Source of the DNA: Raja brachyura
Taxonomy: Eukaryota
Reading direction: 5' to 3'
Assembly: GCA_963514005.1 (NCBI GenBank)
Contig: OY740796.1
Location: forward strand, 20,212,001 to 20,276,000
DNA: 64,000 bases
The notes under the pieces: model-generated
What the model was told of the DNA's origin: nothing
Seen by the model: the letters and a program-made list of their open reading frames with translations, nothing else
Database searches by the model: none
Translations under genes and position numbers: made by a program
Shown here: in pieces, positions 51,081 through 63,443 of the stretch
Layout: every line of letters starts with the position of its first letter
Position numbering within the stretch: position 1 is the stretch's first letter

Positions 51081-52043
51081 TGTTCCAAATCATAGAGGTC
51101 CCTACAGATTACTATTAGTCACAGACATCCAGCCAGAATAACACCCTCTCATCATTCCTCTGAGTTTTATATGGATATAAGCCAGTTCTGAAATCCAAAC
51201 TAGCAAGTTTATTTTTCAGTTTTAGGATGCCCTCAAGTGCCCTCAAGTCCACACTGACCATGGATCATCCGTTCACACTAGTTCTTTGTTATCCCACTCG
51301 ATACACTGGGGTAGAGACAAATTGACCTATAATAATAATAATAATAATAATATGTCGGACTCAAGGTCCAGACAACATTACATAAAAATACATTGCATAT
51401 AAAAGCATCATAACATACATATAAAATCTTTTACAATGATCTTATACAAAAAAAACAATGATTTAAAATCCAGAATGAAAACAAAAATCAGTGTCCTACA
51501 ATGAGACAGTGATACCAGTGTCCACGCAACTGGGATTCGTAGCGTGTAGTGCTAAACCTTATGTTTGACAAGGCCACGATAATTACATTTTTAGAGTAAT
51601 TTATCCTGCAAATGAATTTATACATATGATTTCTTAGGATAGCTTCTAAAGTACTGACTCCTGCAGCCACAAACATGTTACTAGCACTACACCATCTAGA
51701 TTTCCTTCGCAATGTTCTCATGGCATCATTATAGCCGCCTTTAGTCTCTGCAAACTTGTCTTTCCGTAGTTCGACCACAGGTGCGCAGTATAGAGTGGTG
51801 TGCAATATGCTCTAAACAGCGACATCTTCACCACATCTGTACATGCACCAAACTTACGCAAGAGAATATGCGCCTGTACATACAACATACGTCGTTGCCT
51901 ATAAATATTCTCATCACCTGTCATTTGTTCTGTAGTAAAATGCCCAAGATATTTTACCTTATTACAGATACTAAGATTATTGTCAGACAATTTAAAATCA
52001 GGAAATGTTAGACATTTATCCTCTTTGGATCTACAGATCATAA

Positions 52044-52791
52044 GATAGAATGCCATTTATTGGCATTTAAACATACAACATTCAAACGAGATTACGTTCC
52101 TGCAGTCATAACAGCAAAAAAAACCCCACATAATTGACACAATTCCACACAAACATCCATCACAGTAAATCTCCAAACACCTCCTCACTCTGATGGAAGG
52201 CAAAAGTCTTATCTCTGCCCTGTTCTCTGTTCTTTATTCTTCTTCTCCCGCAGTCAAGCAGTCAAATTGGTGCATCGAGCTGATCGAGGCTTTTGATGTT
52301 AGAGCCCCCGGCGGGCGATGGTAAGTCCCGCTGCCGTTTAAGCCGCGCCAGGAGATTTAAACCCCTTGATTCGGGCGGGAGAAGTTGCCGCTGCGGGAGC
52401 TCCGAAAAGCCGTCTCCCACCAGGGACCCGCGAGCTCCCGATGTTCCCATCCACAGGGCCTGCAGCCGGAGCCTCCGAAGCTCCGGTCGGGTCGCAGCCG
52501 CGCGCCACCACATCGCTCAGCGCTCCGAAGTCAGCCAGCTCCGCGATGGAGTCCACAGGCTCCGCGACTGGAGCCCCAGGTCGATTCCGGTTGGAGGCCG
52601 CCAGCTCCACGATGTTAGGCCTCAATGACAACGGAGACTCGACAGGGAAAGGTCAAGTCCCCCGTGCTAGGAATAGATTAAAAAGATCCCCCTCCCACAT
52701 ATATACACAGCTAAAAATAAAATAAAACTAAAACCAAAAACATACGCCTAACAGGACAAAAAAAAAGACAGACGGACTGCAAGGCACCGCC
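52044..52791 (-). mobile_element. GC-rich ~750-bp non-coding insertion (family X, copy 2) inside the LINE RT
   Basis: Flanked by ATCATAA / ATCTTAA; minus-strand 5' end reads AAGATGGCGG and 3' end has AATAAA; shared blocks such as aaacatcca.cacagt...cctcact.tgatggaaggcaa. Confidence 0.7.
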
Positions 52792-54089
52792 ATCTTAACA
52801 GCACTCTTACACGCATTATATTTAATATCATGTTCCACACCATGCACAGAACATATAGTAAGGAGTTGCTGGAGACCAGCGCTAGATGGACTAAAGACCA
52901 CAAGATCATCTGCATACATAATATGGTTCACTAAAATATTACCAATTATGCATCCAGTATTACAGGCTTTCAATTGTTTGGACAGATCATCAATATAAAG
53001 ATTATAAAGGACTGGGGGTAAAATTCTCCCTTGTTTAACACCATTGCTAACTCCAAATGGATCTGAGACCCTATTGCCCCATTTTATTTGCATAGTCTGG
53101 TGGGCATACCAGTAAGCCAGAATTCTCACAATGTATATAAGCACCCCTCTGACTCATTTTAACAAACAGCTTTCTGTGATTAACACGATCAAAGGCTTTG
53201 GAAGCATCAATAAAGCACATAAGAATTGAAGAGTTTTTGCCTCTATATTTGTTTACAATCGCCTTTGGGGCATATATGCACAAGTTAGTGCCATGTTTAG
53301 CTTTAAAACCAAACTGGTTATCTGTGGAGTTAACAAACTCATTTACTCTATCCAGCAGAACTATTTCTAAGACTTTTGACAATAAGCTGGCTAAAGCTAT
53401 CGGCCTGTAATTATTCAGGCTGCCTACTTTACCAGCGTTGTCCTTAATGACCGGCTCTAGCAGAACAGACAACATTAAGTCTGGTAACAAGCCATGAATC
53501 ATAAAGCCAGTAAAACAAATAGCAAGGAGAGGAGCTATCCTCATGCTCGCATACTTTAGATGTTCAGCATAAATATAGATCCAAGCCACTTGCTTTGTTG
53601 TTGGACAGCTTGTTCATGGCATGATACACCTCATGTGACATAATCACCATTGAGTCATTACTCAATATTGTCCACCCTTTACAAATCACCTTGGACACAG
53701 TTGAATAAAGTACTATAATGTTGTCGCCATAACCTCGCGATATTAGCTGTTCCGGAGATTCCATCTACAGTGCATGGTAGATGTTTTGCAGCTGTTAAGA
53801 GCTCTCACGTCTTTCCAAAAATCAGTAGCATTGTTACTTAGCAGCTTCTTAGCCATGGAATCTGCTCTCATAGCTTGCTCATCTTTACAGATGAAGCAAA
53901 CAGCGTACTTATATCTTGCATTAGTGAGCTTCTTATACTCAAACACAGGCCCCTGTCTGGGTCCACCTGCCATAGCCCATGATTTAGTGGCTTTGTGGGC
54001 TTCAGCATGATACTCAGCTACATACTTATTCCAGCCAGGCCTGATGTTATGCGTCTTATTTTTATGCTTGTATGATATGCTTGTATTGT

Positions 54090-55780
54090 ATGATACGGTG
54101 GACCATAACATACTGCTTGACAGACTGGAGAAATGGGTAGGACTCTCTGGTTCTGTGCTGGACTGGTTCAAATCCTACTTGAAAGATCGGGATTATTTTG
54201 TTTCCCTTGGTAATTATGAATCAGAACATACAAAACTCACATGCGGGGTTCCCCAGGGCTCCATTCTTGGACCCATCTTGTTTAATATTTACATGCTCCC
54301 CCTAGCTCAGATCATAGAGTATTTTAACATATCCTACCATACTTATGCCGATGACACACAACTTTATATCACAGTGTCACCGCATGACCATAGTCCCCTA
54401 CACTCACTGAGTCAGTGTGTCACACGAATTAATGAGTGGATGAACCAGAATTTCCTCCAGCTCAATGCAAATAAGACAGAAATTATTGTCCTTGGCCCCA
54501 AAAAGACAGAGTTAATGTGGACAAGCTTTTCCCTTTGAGAATAGGGAAGATTCAAACAAGAGGACATGACTTTAGAATTAAGGGACAGAGGTTTAGGGGT
54601 AACATGAGGGGGAACTTCTTTACTCAGAGAGTGGTAGCGGTGTGGAATGAGCTTCCAGTGGAAGTGGTGGCGGCAGGTTCGTTGGTATCATTTAAAAATA
54701 AATTGGATAGGCATATGGATGAGAAGGGTATGGAGGGTTATGGTATGAGTGCAGGCAGGTGGGACCAAGGGAAAAAAGTTGTTCGGCACGGACTTGAAGG
54801 GCCGAGATGGCCTGTTTCCGTGCTGTAATTGTTATATGGTTATATGTTATATGGTTAAAAAAAATAAAGCTAGAGATAAGCGCTCAACTTGACTCCATTG
54901 CAATGAAAACCACAGACAAAGCCAGAAACCTTGGTGTAATTATAGACTCGGATTTGAATTTTAACAGCCATATAAAGACCATTACCAAATCTGCCTACTA
55001 CCATCTAAAAAACATTGCAAGAATCAAGGGATTTCTGTCCAAAGAAGACACTGAAAAACTTGTTCATGCATACATCTTCAGTAGATTAGATTATTGTAAT
55101 AGTATCTTTGCAGGTCTCTGTAAAAAATCAATTAAACAACTGCAGCTTATCCAGAATGCCGCTGCCAGAGTCTTAACCAACACCAAGAAAATGGACCACA
55201 TTACACCTGTCCTTAAATCTCTGCACTGGCTCCCTGTGTGTAAAAGGATAGATTTTAAAATTCTGCTACTGGCATACAAGGCTCTGAATGGTCTGGGTCC
55301 AAAATACATCTCTGACCTTCTTGTTGTTTATGAGGCACCTAGACTCCTCAGGTCTTCGGGGACAGGTCTACTGCATGTTCCCAGGGTGAGAACAAAAAGG
55401 GCTGAAGCAGCATTCAGTTTCTATGCTCCGCACCTGTGAAACAGGCTCCCCGAACACCTGAGGTGTGCACAGTCCGTAACCACATTTAAGTCAGGCCTAA
55501 AGACATTATTGTTTGATGTAGCCTTCTCATGACCCTACATGCGGGTAATTTTAATCCTCTTGTTTTAACCTTTTTATGTGCTCTTAAAATCGCCTTAATA
55601 TTTTAGTGATTTTGCTTTACTATTCATACAATTGGCTTATTGGCTATTTTGTTGTCCTGTGTTGTATTGTGGGTCTGCAATGTTTTTAAACTATTTTATT
55701 CTCTTGTTTCCTTTGTAAAGCACTATGAATTGCAGCTTGTATGAATGGTGCTATATAAATAAACTTGCCTTGCCTTGCTT
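54090..55780 (+). mobile_element. 5'-truncated L2-clade LINE nested in the LINE above
   Basis: DTVDHNILLDRL, GVPQGSILGP, YADDTQLY, RLDYCNS, HITPVLKSLHWLPV; L2-type 3' end ...tgctatataaataaa(cttgc)n. Confidence 0.93.
54511..54855 (+). mobile_element. CR1 3' fragment nested in the L2
   Basis: TRGH...FFTQRVV..WNELP motif and a (tatatggt)n-like tail; interrupts the L2 reading frame. Confidence 0.9.
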
Positions 55781-57745
55781 GCAGTAGGGCTTACTGCCTA
55801 CACACAAAGCACTTACCATAGCATTATACATGCAGATATCTCTCCTATGCTTCATATCCTTACAATTAACATTACTACACATTATTTCATCTTTAGGTAG
55901 ATGAATATTCCTTAAGAATTTATCTGTATGGGCATAATAGGCTAAGGTGTCTTCCTTTGTGAGGGTTGACCAGTCCAGTTTTTCTGTGTTTATTTCTATC
56001 TCTGGATACCACAGGTAGGTGTTCAACATTTATTGTCATAGCAACAGGTATACGAGTCACTGCTGCCCCATACAGAATGCTCATACACCCCAATGAGGCA
56101 TGTGCATCAGCTGTACTAATACAGTGGTCCAGCCATGACGTAGTGTGCCAGGCTAATATAACTATAACTATCTGTAGGTAAAAACATTTGGCTTGACAAA
56201 ATTAAATTATTATCTTGACAGAACTGAGCCATATGATTGGCAAATAATGAGATCCTGTCTGAGATATCTGCATTCATATTCCCAATGACATATACACTAC
56301 AATAATTATTGTTTTGAATAAAGGAATAGATAAAAGCAAGTCTATTTAAATATTCATCCTCATTCTGATGGCATTCATAGGGTATATACACATTCAGGAT
56401 AACAAATTCCTTGTTGTTGTGAGCAAAGTGCATTGCAATACACCAGTCAGCATCAAGCAGAACCACATTTATTGATGAGACAAGCTTCTTGTTCCATAGA
56501 ATAGCCACACCCCCTGGTATCCCAACTCTGACTATTCCCATGCCAAGGTCAGTTGTCGGCTCCCCAGCCCCATAAAGGTTGTCACTGAGAGAATTGAGTT
56601 ATAAATCCATACGTCTTTGGGATGTGGGAGGAAACTGGAGCACCCGGAGGAATCCCATGGGATCAGAGGGAAAACATATAATCTACACAGAGTTTGCCCA
56701 AGATCAGGATCAAACCTGGTTATCTGGTACTGCGAGACAGCAGCTCTATCGGCTGCGCCACCGAGCTATCCATTTGTAGACTGTGGTTGTGGCTCCGTGC
56801 ATCCTAATCTTCTGGATCGGTCTACCTTTGGAGATCTTGACAAATGCCTTGGCATGGCCACATAGATAACATCCACTGCATAATTCATCATTTCGTGACA
56901 TTCGTAATAAGGGTTTCAATTTCATCCCAAGTACCTGGAGAACTTCATAGTACTCCTCAAATGTGTTGAGGCCTCGTGGAAGTTCCAAAAGCCATTGGAG
57001 GTGTACAATTCATCAATACATTTAAACAAGTTGCCAGTTGGTATCTGTTGTTTAACATATTCATTTTCCCTCCCTTTAAACTCCGCTCCATGAGTTTTCA
57101 GAAGATGATAGCTAGTATCGACCATTTAAAATACTCACTGTTATTTCCATTATACCTCCAATACACAGACTTGCCATTAACACATTTGTTGTCACAACCT
57201 TTGAACTCCACTGCGTGCAAAGTTCAGAGGACGGCAGCTAGTATCAATCGTCAATATATTCATTGTCTTTACCTTGACACATCAGCACTCAGAAGCCACC
57301 AGCTGGTATCTGCTATTACTCCTTATCTGTGTACCCTGTTAAGCTAAGACCCAAACAGTCGCAATCCAGTGTCAAATTATTAACATATTAAGTATGCTTA
57401 CCTTTGTACCTTATTGCATTTGGAACCAAGAAGTCTCAACTTTTGTACAATGTAAAAGTAAAACACAATTCCTGTAATTAACATATCAATCTACATCACA
57501 TCTGTATTTCCTCAAGTTATCTTTTTTGGTGTATAAATGTCCTGCTGTACCGACTTAACTTTGGAGTTGAGATCACAGCCTTTAACTGATACACTTCTCC
57601 CCTTGTGCAAGTTAAACTTACTGCTGATGGTTAATCTTATAGGTCCTCGAGTCTTATTAAAGGGTCGACTTTGTCAGCCTTCAAGAACCAGCTAAGCCAT
57701 GAAGCAGGCAGCTGACATGGTTAAATTTCTACACCAGTCACTTAC

Positions 57746-57855
57746 CAGAAGACTTCATTACAGCGGCTGCACTGCACTCGCCGAGCTTTCGGTTCCTGTA
57801 CCTGGATCACCATCGGACAGTCAGCACCGGGGCAAAGCTGCAGTTGGTAGTGGCT
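57746..57855 (-). CDS. ARIH2: ARIH2 exon, IBR domain ([37 protein letters not shown])
   Basis: 110 nt, aatag|...|gtaagt; IBR cysteines present. Confidence 0.96.
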
Positions 57856-59886
57856 CTATTTGAAGAGCAACAAAAACAAGAATTAGTTGAGAAAAAGCAG
57901 CAGACTCTTTCAGATTCCACAATAATAGCTTCCTTTTATTAAAGGGAAAGGCCCCAAGAAGATTCTTAGACTATAACTCTTACATATCCAACAGTGTATT
58001 CAGACAAAGGATAGGCACAGGTTACATATTTTTGTCAAACTCGATCCAAAACAATCAGATAATACGCAAGTAGAATCAAGACAAACTCAAGCACAATAGA
58101 TAGAGCAACGGGGAAGATGCAGACCGCAGAATATAGTTCCTCATCATTATAGCGCATCAGTTCCATTGACAAAATCCAATGTTCTCAAAGGGGAAGAGTT
58201 GAATCAGACAGTATCCTTGCATGAAGGACCGTTCAGAAGCCTGATAATGGGAGATAAGAAGCTGTTCCTGAGTTTTGCAGTGCAGTGCACGCTTTCAAGC
58301 TTCTACTCACAGATGCAAGGAGAAGGAGGAATGACTGGGGTAGGACAGGTTTTTAAATTATGTTGGCTGTGAAAGGTACCATGGCACTACCTCAAGGATG
58401 ACCGGAAAATTATTCAGTTAACCAACTTCATTGAATCAGATCTGACCATTTCGCCTACCGATTCCTGTTGTAATAATGCCAAAGAATCTGCTTCATGCAC
58501 AAAGATAGCGACTTGATTTCACACCTTACCCAAAAGACAGCTGGAACTATTAACCTTCTCGAGGTCATTGCGTCATAGCCAATGCTTTAAAAAGCAAATG
58601 TTCTTACACACAAGCAGATAAGATCAACACTGTTGTTGCAGTCTGTTTTTCATCCTGCACTTCAACACCAGCCACAATGCCTGGCATAGCCGTGGTAGGA
58701 TGGAGTTCAACTAGCCAAGCTGTAGCTGACAAATAGCTGCTGGGTTTTTTTAGGTAGTAGTGCGTTTGGTGACTTAATAATTACTACACAGATAGAGGTG
58801 AAGAGTGCTAAATGGCCAGGCTTAATGCTCAAAGTCCAACTAGAAAATAAACATTTTAAATCATGACCATTGTCTTAGCTCCTCCACTCAAGGAAAATAT
58901 TAAATCTCTAAGCAATTATGCACGATTCATTCCATGAATTTTTTTGTTGTCTCATTCACATATATGTTTGCATTTACTCAGAGCTCACCTATCAACACAA
59001 CTGCATTTTACAATTACCCAATTTTACAGAGGCCATTTATCCTATAAACCAACACGTCTTTGGTATGTCGAGGGAAACTAGAGCACCTGGAGGAAACCGC
59101 ATAGTTACAGGGAGAATGTTTAAACTACACACACCCAGGTTTTGAGTGTGAGCGACAGCAGCTCCACCAGCTGCGCCACCGTGCTGTCTTCTCCAACAAC
59201 TATTATGTTCAGAGGATTCAACCTCCAGAATTTCTTCAAATTACATCGGAAATTAACATGCATGAAAAAAAAGCTTTCTTTTGAGAATCTCATGCTACAT
59301 TATATATTTTGTGATATATCTCGTGATATATTTCCACTAAATTGGAAGATCAAGTGATGGCCATTTTACAACCAAGTAGGAGACTCAATCCTATGGCAGC
59401 TATGCCAGGCCCTATGGATGGTGCTGGCCAGACTGCTGCCACAGTGTTAGAAGCACAAACATCTGAAGCAGTAGGATTATCTGCAAATTCCCTGAGATTT
59501 CCATTCTGCGCAAATATTTAAACCGATGGTCCAATGCTTGGGTAACACACTCAGTTCAGTACTACTTTTAACTTGGGTAACGCAAGTTCAGTACTACTTT
59601 TAACTTGGGTGTCACAGCAGTATCCAGTGCTGAATTAAGCAACTGTCACCCATTCACATGAAGGGAACCAAGTACAGAAAATGTCAATGGGGGAAGCAAT
59701 GTTTTCTTTACCCAATGGAGCTTATAACATTTCCAACAATGTTTTCAATGGTTCAATGGTACTTCATTGTCAGGTGTACCTAGGTACAGTGTACCTAGGT
59801 ACAGTGAACTTCCTTTTTTGCATACAGTTCAGTATAAATCTTACCATACATAGGCATGATCAGAGTGTAGAAACAAAGAACTGCAG

Positions 59887-59922
59887 AAGTCTGAAGAAGG
59901 GTCTCGACCCGAAACGTCGCCT
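59887..59922 (+). ncRNA. Candidate minimal (Penelope-type) hammerhead ribozyme motif
   Basis: CUGAAGA-A-[GGGU CUCG ACCC]-GAAA-CG-UC: complete core, stem II, palindromic ACGU in place of helix III, GUC cleavage triplet. Helix I is weak in this copy. Confidence 0.55.
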
Positions 59923-60897
59923 ATCTCCTTCGCTCCTTAGATGCTGCTGCACCCGCTGAGTTTCTCCAGCTTTTTGTGTAACCCTCGATTCTCCAGCATC
60001 TGCAGTTCCTTCTTTAACAAGAACTGCAGATGTTGGTTTGTGCACAATCATGCTCAAGTACACGAGTGCAGGAATTGTACATTAAACTGAGGCAATATAC
60101 AAGTCGCTATGTTTCCAGTGCCATTGTATGTGATTCAAGTGATGCTTAACAATGTTGGGATACCTTAAATAATTTGAATTACCAAATAAAATTTAGGTTA
60201 TGTTTCAGTGCTTCTTGTATTTGGACAACAAAAATTGAAAATTTGTTTTCTTGAAAACGGAAAGACATAAGCAATTAATGTAAGTGTTCTGGACGTGCTG
60301 TCTGTACAACTGTCCTCTCTTAATACAAGTCTGAAGAAGGGTACCAATCCAAAATGTGGTTTATCCATTCCCTCCACAGGTGCCGCCTGATCCGCTGAGT
60401 TACTCCCGCACTTTGTGCTTTGCTCAAGGTTCCAGCTTCTGCAGTTCCTTGTCTCTCCAGAGATCAGTTCTTATCATTTGCAGCCCTGTACCTTTGTCTC
60501 CCAGCTTGCAATTGTGATAATGGACTTCTGCAGTCTATTTATGTTGCACCCCTCCAGGCTCAGTTTACTCCTTTCCCAATATCTACACTCGCTTTCCAAG
60601 TTGGTCAATGGACAACACTTGGAGGTCCACATTAATCTTATCCTGCACTTTGCTCAAAAACCAGAAGCTTTAATATACATTAAATATACCTTAGAATGAA
60701 TACAAACACAACCAAAGTATACCAATTTTAGTTTCTGTATATCCAGTTTATCTTTGCCTTGGATTTTATGTTTTATCATTAACTTAAAACATAATTATCT
60801 TCCTGTTAAGTTCTGGCAGAGGCCCAACAAGTTCTTTACTTGTTCAGTTATTAACAACTCAACAACCCACTCCACATAAAAATGAATCAACACCTAC

Positions 60898-61019
60898 CTC
60901 CACATAATCTCTGAAGAGGTAGCGCCTGTATTTTTCTTTCAGTTCTTCATTAGAGATCAAAGTAAAAGCAAAGTCTTCAGGCGTTCGAAGCAAGCAGTCT
61001 TGCGCCATACAGGATATGC
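60898..61019 (-). CDS. ARIH2: ARIH2 exon ([41 protein letters not shown])
   Basis: 122 nt, ttag|...|gtaggt boundaries; translation closely matches vertebrate ARIH2. Confidence 0.95.
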
Positions 61020-61374
61020 CTAACAAGACAAAAGGGCTAGTTTCTAGTAAAGAAACACTTAAACAAACCAGTTAACAGTTTAACGGAGGATCAATTTTTC
61101 CAATGAAAGGGTCTTAATTTTTGTAATCTTTCAGATCCCAGCCAGTTGCATGGCTCCCCGTACGTACAACATTTTTCACAAATAGACCACATTGGAACTG
61201 GGTGTAAAGTTCAGTTTAGAGATATAGTAGGCGCTGTAAGGCAGCAACTCTACCACTGTGGCACTATGCCACCCATTGGCAATTAGACGACAGTAAAGGT
61301 CTCATCCTGTGTTGTAATAAATTCAGGAACCACAGAATTTGTGGTAAGTCCTTTAAAAGAGCGGGGAGGGTGGA

Positions 61375-62688
61375 GAAGGGGGAGGAGAGGAGAAGGGGAA
61401 GGGGGGAGGACGGAGGAGGGAAAGGGGGAGAAGGGAAGGGGGGGAGAAGGGAAGGGGGGGGAGAAGGGAAGGGGGGGAGAAGGGAAGGGGGGGAGAAGGG
61501 AAGGGGGGGAGAAGGGAAGGGGGGGAGAAGGGAAGGGGGGGAGAAGGGAAGGGGGGGAGAAGGGAAGGGGGGGAGAAGGGAAGGGGGGGAGAAGGGAAGG
61601 GGGGGAGAAGGGAAGGGGGGGAGAAGGGAAGGGGGGGAGAAGGGAAGGGGGGGAGAAGGGAAGGGGGGGAGAAGGGAAGGGGGGGAGAAGGGAAGGGGGG
61701 AGAAGGGAAGGGGGGGGAGAAGGGAAGGGGGGGGAGAAGGGAAGGGGGGGGAGAAGGGAAGGGGGGGAGAAGGGAAGGGGGGAGAAGGGAAGGGGGGGAG
61801 AAGGGAAGGGGGGAGAAGGGAAGGGGGGAGAAGGGAAGGGGGGAGAAGGGAAGGGGGGAGAAGGGAAGGGGGGAGAAGGGAAGGGGGAGAAGGGAAGGGG
61901 GAGAAGGGAAGGGGGAGAAGGGAAGGGGGAGAAGGGAAGGGGGGAGAAGGGAAGGGGGAGAAGGGAAGGGGGAGAAGGGAAGGGGGAGAAGGGAAGGGGG
62001 GAGAAGGGAAGGGGGGAGAAGGGAAGGGGGGAGAAGGGAAGGGGGGAGAAGGGAAGGGGGGAGAAGGGAAGGGGGGAGAAGGGAAGGGGGGAGAAGGGAA
62101 GGGGGGAGAAGGGAAGGGGGGAGAAGGGAAGGGGGGAGAAGGGAAGGGGGGAGAAGGGAAGGGGGGAGAAGGGAAGGGGGGAGAAGGGAAGGGGGGAGAA
62201 GGGAAGGGGGGAGAAGGGAAGGGGGGAGAAGGGAAGGGGGGAGAAGGGAAGGGGGGAGAAGGGAAGGGGGGAGAAGGGAAGGGGGGAGAAGGGAAGGGGG
62301 GAGAAGGGAAGGGGGGAGAAGGGAAGGGGGGAGAAGGGAAGGGGGGAGAAGGGAAGGGGGGAGAAGGGAAGGGGGAGAAGGGAAGGGGGAGAAGGGAAGG
62401 GGGAGAAGGGAAGGGGGGAGAAGGGAAGGGGGGAGAAGGGAAGGGGGGAGAAGGGAAGGGGGGAGAAGGGAAGGGGGGAGAAGGGAAGGGGGGAGAAGGG
62501 AAGGGGGGAGAAGGGAAGGGGGGGAGAAGGGAAGGGGGGGAGAAGGGAAGGGGGGGAGAAGGGAAGGGGGGGAGAAGGGAAGGGGGGGAGAAGGGAAGGG
62601 GGGGAGAAGGGAAGGGGGGGAGAAGGGAAGGGGGGGAGAAGGGAAGGGGGGAGAAGGGAAGGGGGGAGAAGGGAAGGGGGGGGAGAAG
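61375..62688 (+). repeat. ~1.3 kb polypurine minisatellite (G5-8 AGAAGGGAA)n, unit 14-17 bp
   Basis: Directly visible; essentially only G and A on the plus strand. Confidence 0.98.
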
Positions 62689-62699
62689 TTTAGCAGTCA

Positions 62700-63062
62700 T
62701 TTAACATTACCTTTGTTCAGAAAACACGTGCTTTCGGTTTTCCCCTCCAATGAGCCAATTAAATTGCCCGGTCAGGAAAGGAGATTGCCTACGGCTACCT
62801 CGACTACCTATAACTGCATGGCGATCCCACTACGACTGTATTACGAGTTCAAAAAAACCATGCCCACCAATTTTTACTCGGGGAAAATATTTCTGCATAT
62901 TGAAATATTTTCCTCGACCAAACTGTGGCTGCGAGTCTGCAGGAACTTCCCTCGAGATTTACAGTGACCTCCTAGGACCACGTGTCGAGCATGCTGCAAG
63001 TATGTGGCGAGCGCAATCTCTTCTACACTCGCAAATTAGGTCGCCATAGTGGGACAGGCCCT
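62700..63062. mobile_element. Partial Harbinger-type element (right end), abutting the purine satellite
   Basis: Ends GTGGGACAGGCCCT followed by TAA; left TIR not found. Confidence 0.55.
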
Positions 63063-63393
63063 TAACTCTCATACTCTTCTTCCTAACCACATATGAAGGA
63101 GCTAATCTTTTAGAATGCTGTGAACAAGATTTGGTCTGAATGCATTTTAAAGGTGCTCATTAGTTGTGCCATTTCAAATTAAACTTTAGTTTTAAAACAG
63201 TAAAACTTTTACGTTATACTTGGATGTTTTATTGTCAAAGATTCAAACCAAGCATACAATAACAGACAAGAAAGAAACCCAAATTAAATCAAAGAAACAA
63301 TACAACGTGCATTTACCCAACCATCATTTGCAGACCGTTGGTAATAAACTGAACTATAATTTTGGGCAAGGAACTGTTGGGGGAGGGGAGATT

Positions 63394-63443
63394 TGCAAAT
63401 AAATAAATGATGGGTCTTTGTCCCAAACATTATGGGCGCTGTA
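63394..63443. mobile_element. Solo terminal fragment of the same Tc1 TIR
   Basis: gcaaataaataaatgatgggtctttgtcccaaacattatgggcgctg followed by TA. Confidence 0.8.

Larger units (their letters stand above)
51331..56590 (-). mobile_element. Decayed APE+RT non-LTR retrotransposon (clade uncertain, RTEX/Proto2-like; not CR1 or L2), with nested insertions
   Basis: APE: GGVAILW, LNVYIP, GNMNAD. Linker RPGWN...W...GGPRQG. RT: NYRPIALAS, QFGFK, FIDASKAFDRV, GVKQG, YADD, KYLG. 3' (TTA)n tail at 51331-51352. TSD-like aattgacctataa / aattgagttataa within a host SINE. Confidence 0.88.

Noticed and set aside
61264-62704. 444-478 aa ORFs (PFPSP / GEKGR repeats)
   Set aside because: Translations of a stop-free purine satellite in several frames; no coding signal.
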